From a virus (taxonomy: Duplodnaviria > Caudoviricetes), in the IMG/VR virus record IMGVR_UViG_3300034108_000283, positions 51,897-115,896 of that record: a DNA stretch of 64,000 bases, one strand, 5' to 3'. The notes under the pieces are model-generated. The model did no database searches, had not been told where the DNA came from, and saw nothing but the letters and a program-made list of their open reading frames with translations. The position numbers and the translations under genes are program-made. Shown one piece after another: positions 45,016 through 55,212 of the stretch. The stretch's first letter is position 1. Every line of letters starts with the position of its first letter.

Positions 45016-46554
45016 ATGAAGCCTTTAAACTTAGATAATAGACCGTGTAGCCCAATATCAAGTAACTGTGTAATATGGCAAGGTCCAGACATTCCATGTA
45101 TCAAGTTGTGTACAGGAGATACAGTATCTGATGTTATATTTAAACTTGGTACTGAGCTATGTACTATTATGGATCAGCTTAATGTAAGTAACTATGACTT
45201 ATCATGTCTTAACTTAACAGCTTGTCCTCCAGAAGATTTTCAAGCTTTAATTCAATTATTGATTACTAGGATTTGTGAACTTAATGATATTCCAGCAAGT
45301 GAAACAAAATCTTCAGGATGTCCTGATTGTGTTGTATCTGTTGCACCATGTTTAATTCAAAATGGACAAACTACTATGCAGTTAGTAGATTATGTTCAAA
45401 TGATAGCTAATAGACTTTGTGGTATTATATCTGAGATAGATAGTATTAATGATCAGATATCAACTATTAATTCTACACTAGTAGACTTACAATTTCAAAT
45501 AGATAATCTTCCTACATATACATTACCTTCATTTGAAGTAGATTGTATATTAGCAGGAAGTAACCCATTAGATGTAATTGTTCAAACATTAATGAATGAT
45601 AATACATTAGGCTACTGTGCTTTATTAGGAGCAACTGGAACACCTGCTGATATTAATGCAGCTGTATTGTCTCAATGTATTACAGATATAGATCAACCCT
45701 TAGCTGCTTTACCGGCAGTAAATACTTTTAGTGCATATTATTCAGGTTCATGGGTTAATGCTGTTTCATTAGGAGCGGCACCATCTGTTTCAAATGCTAT
45801 CAACAATATTTGGATAGCTGTTTGTGACATGTATAATTACTTGTCTAATCTTACATCTTCAACAACAGTTGTTGCGGCAGGAGAAGGTATTACAGTTACT
45901 TCAGCTACAGTCGGTACAACAACTACATATACAGTTACTAATGATTACTTAGAAACATTTGTTGCTAATTTATCTATTGATAATGATTTTGCTCCTGGTT
46001 CGGGTGTTATACCTAAAGTACTTCCTTCATCAGTTAATGGTGTTCAGGAAGGACAAGTTATTTTAAGATATACCTCTGTAGCATCAAACGGTCAGTTAGT
46101 AATTGCCGGTACAGGAACTTTTGTTCCAAATGGAAGCTTGCCTCCAATATCATTTGGAAATTTTAATAATACAACTGGATTATTTACAATTACTGATCCT
46201 GGTATGTATTTAATAAAAGCAACAATACATTTAAAACCGGATAATGGAAGTACAGTTTATTGGTCAGGAACAGGTTCAACAGTTGGCGATATAGGATCAT
46301 TTTTAATTGGAATCCATCCTAATAATAATACAGATACATTTGTTGCTAGTGGTCAAGCTTTAATTCCTAGTGTTGATAGAAATGTTGAACTATCTACATC
46401 AAAAGTAATTACAGCAACTGATCCTACAACTTTAAGAGTTAAAGTTCTTAATACAACAAATAGAGATTATGATGGTACTGTGTATACAGGTGCTGATAGT
46501 CTTTCTTTTTCTATTATAAAATTAAGAAGTGGTTTAACTATAACTAATTTATAA
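45016..46554 (+). CDS. Putative tail fibre/hub protein
   Basis: CxPISSNCV.WQG.DI.C N-terminus, coiled coil, and a C1q/TNF-like C-terminal region (GLFTITDPGMYLI). Confidence 0.65.
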   Translation: MKPLNLDNRPCSPISSNCVIWQGPDIPCIKLCTGDTVSDVIFKLGTELCTIMDQLNVSNYDLSCLNLTACPPEDFQALIQLLITRICELNDIPASETKSSGCPDCVVSVAPCLIQNGQTTMQLVDYVQMIANRLCGIISEIDSINDQISTINSTLVDLQFQIDNLPTYTLPSFEVDCILAGSNPLDVIVQTLMNDNTLGYCALLGATGTPADINAAVLSQCITDIDQPLAALPAVNTFSAYYSGSWVNAVSLGAAPSVSNAINNIWIAVCDMYNYLSNLTSSTTVVAAGEGITVTSATVGTTTTYTVTNDYLETFVANLSIDNDFAPGSGVIPKVLPSSVNGVQEGQVILRYTSVASNGQLVIAGTGTFVPNGSLPPISFGNFNNTTGLFTITDPGMYLIKATIHLKPDNGSTVYWSGTGSTVGDIGSFLIGIHPNNNTDTFVASGQALIPSVDRNVELSTSKVITATDPTTLRVKVLNTTNRDYDGTVYTGADSLSFSIIKLRSGLTITNL

Positions 46555-46556
46555 AA

Positions 46557-47264
46557 ATGGCAACAACTAATAATACATGTAAAAAATGCGGATGTCAGGA
46601 TAGCTTTATGCCAAGTCCTGCACCGTGCCCAACTCCAATAGGATGTCCTAATCCAGAACCATGTTCTGAAGTATTGGATTCTCAGTGTGTAATTTATTCA
46701 GGAAGTAATATTTTATGTAACAATAATGTATTAGTTACAACCAATGACTCTGTAGCTGAAGCTTTAGAAAGTATAATAGATTACTTTTGTGCTAATGCCC
46801 CATCTCCTGTAATATTAACATCAGCTGGTGGAGATGTATCATTAGTAAATGATGGTACTGGACCAGCATTAGCAGTAAAAGGATTAACAGCCGGATATGG
46901 TATAAATGTTTCAACAACAACAACAGCAGTTACAATATCTGCAAAATGTCCAATTCAAGTAGAAATTACAGCAGGAAGTGCAGGACGTATTCAAGCTACT
47001 GTTACAGGTGGTGTCGGTCCCTTTACTTATGACTGGAGTATGGCAGATTTAATAAATGGAGTTGCAAATTCAATGTTTACATTGACTCCTTTAGGAAATC
47101 CTGCAACAGTACTGCCAGCATTGAATCCAGCTGTAGTAAATAAATTTGATGCTTGTGGATCAGCTAATTTTGGATCTGTAGGTCTTGCTAAAGTTATTGT
47201 AACAGATTCAGAAGGATGTACAGCTAAAGATACTTATCTATTAATTAATATTGCATGCGCTTAA
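46557..47264 (+). CDS. Putative tail fibre protein
   Basis: Cys-rich N-terminus related to 45016; SprB/Ig-like C-terminus (VTGG.GPFTY.WS...VTDS.GC). Confidence 0.6.
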   Translation: MATTNNTCKKCGCQDSFMPSPAPCPTPIGCPNPEPCSEVLDSQCVIYSGSNILCNNNVLVTTNDSVAEALESIIDYFCANAPSPVILTSAGGDVSLVNDGTGPALAVKGLTAGYGINVSTTTTAVTISAKCPIQVEITAGSAGRIQATVTGGVGPFTYDWSMADLINGVANSMFTLTPLGNPATVLPALNPAVVNKFDACGSANFGSVGLAKVIVTDSEGCTAKDTYLLINIACA

Positions 47265-47267
47265 GAA

Positions 47268-47335
47268 GTTGCAGGTTTGTTGGTTTCTGTAACAACAAAG
47301 GCAAAGCCCTCACACTTGTGGGGGTTTTGTTTTTT
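47268..47335 (+). ncRNA. Stem-loop plus terminator (candidate 3'UTR-derived sRNA)
   Basis: GTTGCAG-[GTTTGTTGGTTT]-CTGTAAC, then an AAAGCCCTCAC...GTGGGGGTTTT terminator. Confidence 0.45.
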
Positions 47336-47382
47336 ACTTACATTTGTTAAAGTCATTTATTTTTAGTATATTAATATATAGT

Positions 47383-47964
47383 ATGAAGGAAATTAAAAAG
47401 CCTGATATTAAAGGACCAAGGTATAGACCTGAAGTCCACAACATAATGAACAAAGAGTTCTTTGATAGTTTTAGACAAAAGCATCCTAAGTATAAAAATC
47501 TTACTGATGCTGACTTAAAGAAAATAGGTAAAGCTTTTAATAGGCTTGTATTTCAGACAGTGATAGATACAAGAGATGGAGTTCAGTTACCGGAGTCAAT
47601 AGGTTGGTTGTTTATAGGAACCTGTGAACAAAGTAAAAAGTATAACATTGATTTTGCTAAGTCACATCAGTATGGTGTAACAGTTTCAAATAAAAACTGG
47701 GCAACAGATGGAAAGCTTGCAAAAATATTTTATACTAACTATGCTCCAAAAATTAAAATAAAGAATAAAGAATACTGGAAGTTTGTAGCATGCCGAGAAT
47801 TTAAAAGAAGTGTTGCTAAAGTATATCCGGAAAACTGGAACATGTATGTAGCAGTTGACCCAACTGAAAAAATAAGAAAGACATACCAAAAGTTTAAAAC
47901 TAGACAAATTGCTCTAAAGCTTCAAAGCAAAGCATTAGAAACATATAATGAATTTGATTTATGA
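47383..47964 (+). CDS. IHF-like crAss conserved protein
   Basis: GVQLPESIGWLFI motif; position upstream of the ring and muzzle genes; start revised to MKEIKK. Confidence 0.6.
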   Translation: MKEIKKPDIKGPRYRPEVHNIMNKEFFDSFRQKHPKYKNLTDADLKKIGKAFNRLVFQTVIDTRDGVQLPESIGWLFIGTCEQSKKYNIDFAKSHQYGVTVSNKNWATDGKLAKIFYTNYAPKIKIKNKEYWKFVACREFKRSVAKVYPENWNMYVAVDPTEKIRKTYQKFKTRQIALKLQSKALETYNEFDL

Positions 47965-48623
47965 CAACAATAGGTGAAGCAATATCAAGAGTAAGAAATA
48001 CACTAAAGGCTGTTAAGGAAGATCCTTTCTTAACTGACAGAACTATTTATTTCTCACTTCAAAAATATGCACAGACTCTAATCAAAAGAGAAGATAACCA
48101 ATTCCGGTTAATGAAGATGAGTCAGATATTTAAAGTGCTTCCTTATGTAGAACTTATTGATGTTGACAAAATAGAAGCAGGATGTATAGGTGTTTATTCA
48201 GAATGTTATTTTAAGAGATCAAAAGATAAACTCCCAAATATACTTAACGGTATGTTTGGTCCTATTATCCGTACAGTATCTTCTATAGATGGATCTATAG
48301 AAATGTTTAGAACAGATCCTGGTACTTGGATATCAATTACTAAGTCTACTACATTTAAATATAACAAGAGACCATACTTCTGGTATCTTAATGGATATCT
48401 TTATGCACCTAATATAGATTGGGACGCTGTAAGAATAGAAGCAATTTTTGATGGAGTGTTAGAAACATGTGATACTGACCCATGTCTAATTAGACAAGAT
48501 GATCCTTTTGTTTTACCAGAGTATTTATTTTCTGAAGTAGAACAGTTTGTAGTAAAAGAATTAACCATGGCTATGTCAGTTCCAACTGATGGACCGGATG
48601 ATAGCCAAAATGCTCTTAGATAA
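47961..48623 (+). CDS. Tail ring (tubular) protein
   Basis: 220 aa; YFWYLNGYLY; crAss-like synteny. Confidence 0.65.
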   Translation: MTTIGEAISRVRNTLKAVKEDPFLTDRTIYFSLQKYAQTLIKREDNQFRLMKMSQIFKVLPYVELIDVDKIEAGCIGVYSECYFKRSKDKLPNILNGMFGPIIRTVSSIDGSIEMFRTDPGTWISITKSTTFKYNKRPYFWYLNGYLYAPNIDWDAVRIEAIFDGVLETCDTDPCLIRQDDPFVLPEYLFSEVEQFVVKELTMAMSVPTDGPDDSQNALR

Positions 48624-49660
48624 TGGATTTTAATTACACCCTCCGCTATAGAACATTTGATCAGTTGTTAGAAGATGTAACAATTGACTTAAATACATTT
48701 GCTCTAGAAAATATGATTGAGCCTCAGCAGTTAATTAAGCTTGCTAAAAAAATCAACTATGACTTAGGTCTAAGAATAAATCAAACTAGAGAAGTTATAC
48801 TAGATGTTTGTCATGGTAAAGTAAAGCTACCTGATAATTTTTACACACTTAACTATGCAATGATTTGCGGTGACTATGTCAAAGCTGTAGGTTATCCAAC
48901 TGGAGGTACTAACATTCAAGAAGTACCTTATACAGAAGTTCCAAGTACAGTAAATACATGTGCTCCAATTACTGTAAACTGCCGAACATGTAATTCAAAT
49001 CCTTGCAACCAAACTGCAGCATGTGATCTTAATCATCCTATAGTAGATCCTATACCTACAGCATATGATCCAAACAATCCTTATGGTGATACATGTATTC
49101 CACCAAGAGTATTTATGAATTGCAAAGGAGAAAAATGGGAACTAGTTCAGTATATAGGTACTACAAACTATAACATTTATAAATCAGTAAGACCATTAAG
49201 ATTATCTCAAAGTAGAGAAATAGATTGTGAGTGTCCTAATCTTTACTATAATAGTCCGGATTCTGGATATATTAAAAACAATTACTTGTTTACTTCATTT
49301 GAAGATGGTAAAGTATATCTTAATTATCAAGGTACAATGGAAGATGAGCAAGGTCAGTTATTGGTTCCTGATCATGATTTTCTTAATGAGTATTATGAAT
49401 ATGCTTTTAAACAAAGAATACTTGAAAACTTATTTCTTAATGGGGAAGATGTTGCTCAAAGAATGCAATTAATTGAACAAAGATTAAAGGCAGCAAGAAA
49501 CAATGCACTTACTGTAGTTAATACTCCAAACTTTAAAGAGATGGAAAAACTTTGGTGGACTAATAGAAGAGCTCAGTACTTTAAGTATTATGATATGTTT
49601 AAATCATATCAAGGTTATAATGGTTATTACGGTAATTTTGGACGCAATAGAGTAGTTTAA
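48623..49660 (+). CDS. Tail ring (tubular) protein with Cys-rich insertion
   Basis: YLFTSFEDGKVYLNY...DE.G.LLVPD; crAss-like synteny. Confidence 0.65.
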   Translation: MDFNYTLRYRTFDQLLEDVTIDLNTFALENMIEPQQLIKLAKKINYDLGLRINQTREVILDVCHGKVKLPDNFYTLNYAMICGDYVKAVGYPTGGTNIQEVPYTEVPSTVNTCAPITVNCRTCNSNPCNQTAACDLNHPIVDPIPTAYDPNNPYGDTCIPPRVFMNCKGEKWELVQYIGTTNYNIYKSVRPLRLSQSREIDCECPNLYYNSPDSGYIKNNYLFTSFEDGKVYLNYQGTMEDEQGQLLVPDHDFLNEYYEYAFKQRILENLFLNGEDVAQRMQLIEQRLKAARNNALTVVNTPNFKEMEKLWWTNRRAQYFKYYDMFKSYQGYNGYYGNFGRNRVV

Positions 49661-49662
49661 TA

Positions 49663-52600
49663 ATGGCAAAAGAAATGCAAAATAGTGCTCAGATAATAAA
49701 CCGTAGTTTTACAAAAGGTCTTAACAAAGATGCAGATCCATCCTTTGTTCAAGAAGGTATGTGGACTCATGCCCGCAATGTTGTAAATAATACAGAAGAA
49801 GGTAACTTAGGTACATTATCAAATGAAGATGCAAATACATTATGTATTACAGCAGGAGCAACTATGCCGGCTAATGCATTAAAGAAATATATTATAGGAG
49901 CTATACAATTGTTTTCAGACAAATGGATAATCTACACAGCTGGTCATAATTCTAAAGGAATTTCTGTTAGTTCTGAGATAGGTTTATTTGAAGCTGATAC
50001 TTGTACATATAGACCTATAGTTCAAGATGCTTGTTTAAATTTTGATAAGAGATATCTTATATCTGGATCAGCTAGAGAAAAAGAAGATTGTACTTGGCAA
50101 GTATATTGGGCTGATGGAAATAATCCAGATAGATTTTTAAATGTAGGTGATCCACAAACATGGCCAAAACCACCACTTGTATGGGCAGGTCAAGCTAATA
50201 TAAATTATTATGTAGATGGCACAAGTCAAGTTCTTTGGCCTGGAGTTGCATGGAAAGAAAAAGAAAGAGTTGTTAATGAGTGTGTGTTTGTAAGTTATTT
50301 ACCTAATCTAAATTGTGATAAAATTAGATTAGCAAGGTTAATGGAAACACCTTGTCTTAAAGTTACTCTTGGTAATCAAGGAGGTACATTAAGAAATGGA
50401 ACATACTTTGCAACTATAGCATATAGTATAAAAGGACAAAGGGTAACAGATTACTTTTCACAAAGTAATAATCAACCTATTTGGTTCCCAAATGATTTGC
50501 AAGGATCACTTATTATAGATGTAGAAGCAGACAGTGTAAACTTTGATGAATTTATATTAGTAGTAGTACAGAATATAAACCAAGGAACTGTTGCTAAACA
50601 GATTGGTACTTATTCTACTAGAACTACTAGAATTGCATTAGATCAAATTAAAGAAGATCTTATATCAGTTCCCTTACAGTTTTTACCTTTACAGACTCCT
50701 GTATTTGAAAAATCAGATCAGATTGCAGATGTAAATAATTACTTGCTTAGAGTAGGACCTACATCTAAGTTTGATTTTAACTATCAACCATTAGCTAATC
50801 TTATTCAAGCTAAGTGGGCTTCAGTAGAATACCCAGCTGAGTATTATGTTAAAGGTGGTAATAAGGGTAGTTACTTAAGAGATGAGGTATACTGTTTCTT
50901 TATCCGGTGGGTATATGATACAGGAGATAAATCTGCATCATATCATATTCCTGGCAGAGCTCCAAGAAAGTATCCAAACCCTAACAGTCCTACATATGAA
51001 TACTCAGATGATAATGGGATAAATTCATTAACAGCTGATGATAAAATATTTGAAGTATATAATACATCTACCGTTGATCCTATAATTGGTAATCCTGTTG
51101 TAGGTACAATAACAGATGATGGCGGACAAGTTATTGCTGTAGGGGATATGGCTTATTGGCAATCAACTGAAACATATCCAGATGATAGACCTGATATATA
51201 TAATGCAAGTTATCATTGTTGGACAGGTGTATTTAATAATCCAAATCTATCTTGGGATTTATGCGGTACTGCAATAAGACATCATAAGTTTCCGGATAAC
51301 ATGACGGATACTTCACCTAATGCTGTAACTAATCACTTCAAACCAAATCCTCCATATACCCCTAATCCTTTAAAAATAAGATTAATGGGTCTATACTTTG
51401 AAAACATAACTTATCCAAAAGATAATGAAGGTAATGATATACCGGGAATAGTAGGTTATGAAATCTTAAGAGGGTCAAGAGAAGGCAACAGATCTATTAT
51501 TGCAAAAGGTATGTTAAATAACTTTAGAACATATCAAATAAGAGGACAAGTTGTAAATAATGCAGCACCTACAGTTGGACTGTATGCAAACTATCCTTTT
51601 AACACAATCAATGGGTTTTATAATACAGGAACTGGTAATGATCACAATAGACCTTTTATGGATCCATTTATTAGAATCAATGATCCTAATATTACTAATC
51701 CAAAGTATAATGATAATGTAGAAGATCAAAGAGTACCTAGAGATATTGTATCTTTTCATTCACCAGATACAATGTTTAATACTCCTTTCTTATCTACAAC
51801 TGAGTTAAAGCTTTATGGATACTTAAGAGGTACAAGTAATCAGAAGTTTATTGAACCAAATAAACATCCACAGTTTAAACTTATAAGTGACTTGTGTTTG
51901 TACCCAATGTTTCTTACAGGTTTAATAGAAGCTATAATATCATTTAGAGGTAAGATAGACATTACTTCTGCTGAGTTTACTACTCCAGGTTTAGGAGGAG
52001 ATGCTTCTTTTGCTGCTCAGGTAGGTTTTGCGGCAGCAGCTCAAAGTGCATATACAGTATTACCATATACAGTACTTACTCCATTTCCTGTACCTGCATT
52101 AGGTTATAATAATGCTTTAACAACATATTTTACAACAGGTGGTGCTTTATTTGATGCTTTGAGTATGGCATTTACAGGAACTACTCCTAGTTTAAATGCT
52201 CTTGATACAGCATTAGAAACATACATGCTACCATCAATAGTTGGAGGAGGAGTTGCTACTTCAGGAAGTAGGTATAGTTATACACTTCCAGATTGGGCAT
52301 ATCTAGATCCTATCAGTAGAGCATTAGGGGCTACTAATCAATTATTGTTTTATTTTAGTGAAGGAGCAAGAGCAACACAAGCTCTCTTATTAGCTATTAT
52401 CCCTTATGAACAATTTGCTTTACAAATGATTGCTCATGGTCTTTATGATGACATGAGACCTAATAACTCAGCAAATGGTTTGTATAGATTTAAAATTGAT
52501 GATAGAACTTATATAAGAGGTAACATACAACAACTACCGTCTTATTATCAATATGGAGCTGGTGGTGCAGGAACAGGTGCTCCACAAAGTTATAGTATAA

Positions 52601-55212
52601 ATAATTTAAACAGATCTGATACAGTTGTAATAAGAACAATAGCTGGACCTAATTTTACACCACCTCCACTTACAAGAGCAGTTGGTCCAAATTATATCAC
52701 AGAACCAACCGGAGTACAATATGTAGATCAATCTTTAACAACACTTGGACATATAGTACAAAACGGATTAGTTAATTCTAGTAACTTAAGTAATTACACA
52801 CCTATTGGTAATGTAGCTCCCAATTTTGATAATGTCGATAATGAATTTGGTGCTCCAATTGCTAGTCATTATGCAGGTATAAAAGTTAGAATAAGAAATC
52901 AATATGGGCAATTACAGTCTATAAAACAAATTGTAATCACTCCTTGTGAACAAAAATTTAAATATGATAATTTAAGTGACGCAGTAGGAAGAACAACAAA
53001 TTGCAACAAATGTAATGTTGATACTAAACTTAAAGTAATCAATACAACTCCTGTATTTTTTGGAGGAGATACTTTTGTAAACAGATACACTGAAAAGAAT
53101 ACAATGTTCTATTTCTATGATTGGTTGTATGGTCAACCTGATGGATTTGAATATAATTATCTGTTACATCAAATGATTCCTCAACCAAGATTTTGGGCTA
53201 ACTCTAAACAATATGATGTATCAGAATTAGCACCTACAAACTGGTTTAGTTTACCTGCTCCGGGAACAGGTCCATTACCAAGTAGATTTTATAGATTAGA
53301 TTATGACAAGTATGATTATGTAAATGAACCTAATCAAGTAAACTATCCGGGATTATTTAGACCAAAAGATTCTAGATTTTATTTAGCATGTTCTTCTGTA
53401 AGAGATTTCTTTGTAGAGTCAGATGTACTAGTAGATTTTAGAATAGCTGGTGACTATGAATGGGAAAAAAATTATAACCCATACAACTATACAGATCTAT
53501 TCAGAATGTTTGATATGGATCCTCAAAATATAACTAGAGGTAACTGGTATAGATATGACTATTCACTTAGTATAAGCAAACTATATAATCAATACTTTTC
53601 ATCAGGTGCCCTACAAAACACATACTATGATCCTAAAGTAGCTAAGCTATGTTTTACATATCTTCCGGATAGAATCTATTACTCATTACAACAACAGGAT
53701 GAATCATATAAGGACAGCTGGTTTATATTCCTACCTAATAACTATAGAGAGTTTAAGTCTCAGATATCAGGAGTGAAGTCTATAAACAAGTCAGGTATCT
53801 TTATTACATTTAAGAATGATAGTCCTCAGATGTTCCAAGGTGTTGATACACTTAACACAGATCTAGGTACTAAGATTACTATAGGTGACGGAGGATTATT
53901 TAGTCAACCAGGTCAAGCTGTAACTAATGCAGATAAACCATATGAGTATGGTTCTTCTCAAAACAGATTAGCTGTAATATCAACTCCTGCAGGATTATTT
54001 TTTGTATCTCAAAACCAAGGTAAGATATTTAATTATGGTGAAGGTTTAAAAGAAATATCACAGATTGGATTAAAATGGTGGTTTGCATTATTTTTAAAAT
54101 ACAAACTAACACAGCATTTTCCTGAATATACATGGCAAGATAATCCGGTAGCTGGTATTGGTATTCAAGCAGTATATGATAATGAAAACTCACTACTTTA
54201 CTTCTGTAAAAAAGATTATGACTTAAGACCAGAATTAGAAGGTAGAGTTGATTATATACCGTTAGTAAAAGAATGTTATATTGATTCAAATGGCTTAGCT
54301 GTTGAAAAAGGATCAGGTGATTACTTTACTTTAGATGGTAAAGGTATATACATGATTGGTGATCCAAGGTTATTTATACCTGCATCATGGACTGTAAGTT
54401 ATGATCCTAAGAATGAGTTCTGGATATCATATCATGACTGGCATCCGGACTTAGTTATTCCTGCAAAAACTGTATTCTTTACTACTAAAGAAAATACAGT
54501 ATGGAGACATAACTTTAACTGTCAAGAGTATTGTAATTACTATGGAGTCAACTATCCATTTGAAATAGAGTTTCCAATTATTACAGGACAGACAACAACA
54601 ATTATAAAATCATTTGAATATATTCTTGAGAGTTATACTAAAGCAGATAATTGTGTAGATCAGTTCCATGTACTAGATCATAACTTTGATAATGCTGTGG
54701 TTTATAACTCAGAACAAGTTTCAGGATATCTTAACTTAAATATATTCCCTAAGAACAATGTAACATTAAGTTTAGACTATCCTAAGTTCAATCAGAACAT
54801 TCCAATGATATTTACAAATCCTGTAAATAACATAGCTCAGCTTACAAATACTCCAGGATTTGATATATTGTTTTCAAAAGAAGAAAACAAATATAGATTT
54901 AATCAGTTCTGGGATATAACTAAAGATAGAGGAGAGTTTCCTATTGGTGCCGGTTATCCTCCATCAGGACCGCTTGTACCAGGAACAACAGAATTGTTTG
55001 GTACATACACTCAACAGTTTATATGGGATACAAATCCAGATGGTTATACAAGAAATCTAAACTTTAATAATTTAGACTTTACAAAACCTCTATTGCAAAG
55101 AAAGAAGTTTAGGCACTATACAAACTTTTTAGCTTTAAGAAAAGAAGTATCAGGAAATGTAAATATGATTCTTAAACTTGTAGATAGTAAAAATCAATAT
55201 TCACCAAGGTAA
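49663..55212 (+). CDS. Tail stabilization / muzzle protein (P22 gp10-like)
   Basis: 1849 aa; F.KGLNKD N-terminus, YW.DG.NP.R.LN, FGGDTFV.RY, SWT.SY......W.S.H.W.P beta-propeller-type motifs. Confidence 0.8.
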   Translation: MAKEMQNSAQIINRSFTKGLNKDADPSFVQEGMWTHARNVVNNTEEGNLGTLSNEDANTLCITAGATMPANALKKYIIGAIQLFSDKWIIYTAGHNSKGISVSSEIGLFEADTCTYRPIVQDACLNFDKRYLISGSAREKEDCTWQVYWADGNNPDRFLNVGDPQTWPKPPLVWAGQANINYYVDGTSQVLWPGVAWKEKERVVNECVFVSYLPNLNCDKIRLARLMETPCLKVTLGNQGGTLRNGTYFATIAYSIKGQRVTDYFSQSNNQPIWFPNDLQGSLIIDVEADSVNFDEFILVVVQNINQGTVAKQIGTYSTRTTRIALDQIKEDLISVPLQFLPLQTPVFEKSDQIADVNNYLLRVGPTSKFDFNYQPLANLIQAKWASVEYPAEYYVKGGNKGSYLRDEVYCFFIRWVYDTGDKSASYHIPGRAPRKYPNPNSPTYEYSDDNGINSLTADDKIFEVYNTSTVDPIIGNPVVGTITDDGGQVIAVGDMAYWQSTETYPDDRPDIYNASYHCWTGVFNNPNLSWDLCGTAIRHHKFPDNMTDTSPNAVTNHFKPNPPYTPNPLKIRLMGLYFENITYPKDNEGNDIPGIVGYEILRGSREGNRSIIAKGMLNNFRTYQIRGQVVNNAAPTVGLYANYPFNTINGFYNTGTGNDHNRPFMDPFIRINDPNITNPKYNDNVEDQRVPRDIVSFHSPDTMFNTPFLSTTELKLYGYLRGTSNQKFIEPNKHPQFKLISDLCLYPMFLTGLIEAIISFRGKIDITSAEFTTPGLGGDASFAAQVGFAAAAQSAYTVLPYTVLTPFPVPALGYNNALTTYFTTGGALFDALSMAFTGTTPSLNALDTALETYMLPSIVGGGVATSGSRYSYTLPDWAYLDPISRALGATNQLLFYFSEGARATQALLLAIIPYEQFALQMIAHGLYDDMRPNNSANGLYRFKIDDRTYIRGNIQQLPSYYQYGAGGAGTGAPQSYSINNLNRSDTVVIRTIAGPNFTPPPLTRAVGPNYITEPTGVQYVDQSLTTLGHIVQNGLVNSSNLSNYTPIGNVAPNFDNVDNEFGAPIASHYAGIKVRIRNQYGQLQSIKQIVITPCEQKFKYDNLSDAVGRTTNCNKCNVDTKLKVINTTPVFFGGDTFVNRYTEKNTMFYFYDWLYGQPDGFEYNYLLHQMIPQPRFWANSKQYDVSELAPTNWFSLPAPGTGPLPSRFYRLDYDKYDYVNEPNQVNYPGLFRPKDSRFYLACSSVRDFFVESDVLVDFRIAGDYEWEKNYNPYNYTDLFRMFDMDPQNITRGNWYRYDYSLSISKLYNQYFSSGALQNTYYDPKVAKLCFTYLPDRIYYSLQQQDESYKDSWFIFLPNNYREFKSQISGVKSINKSGIFITFKNDSPQMFQGVDTLNTDLGTKITIGDGGLFSQPGQAVTNADKPYEYGSSQNRLAVISTPAGLFFVSQNQGKIFNYGEGLKEISQIGLKWWFALFLKYKLTQHFPEYTWQDNPVAGIGIQAVYDNENSLLYFCKKDYDLRPELEGRVDYIPLVKECYIDSNGLAVEKGSGDYFTLDGKGIYMIGDPRLFIPASWTVSYDPKNEFWISYHDWHPDLVIPAKTVFFTTKENTVWRHNFNCQEYCNYYGVNYPFEIEFPIITGQTTTIIKSFEYILESYTKADNCVDQFHVLDHNFDNAVVYNSEQVSGYLNLNIFPKNNVTLSLDYPKFNQNIPMIFTNPVNNIAQLTNTPGFDILFSKEENKYRFNQFWDITKDRGEFPIGAGYPPSGPLVPGTTELFGTYTQQFIWDTNPDGYTRNLNFNNLDFTKPLLQRKKFRHYTNFLALRKEVSGNVNMILKLVDSKNQYSPR

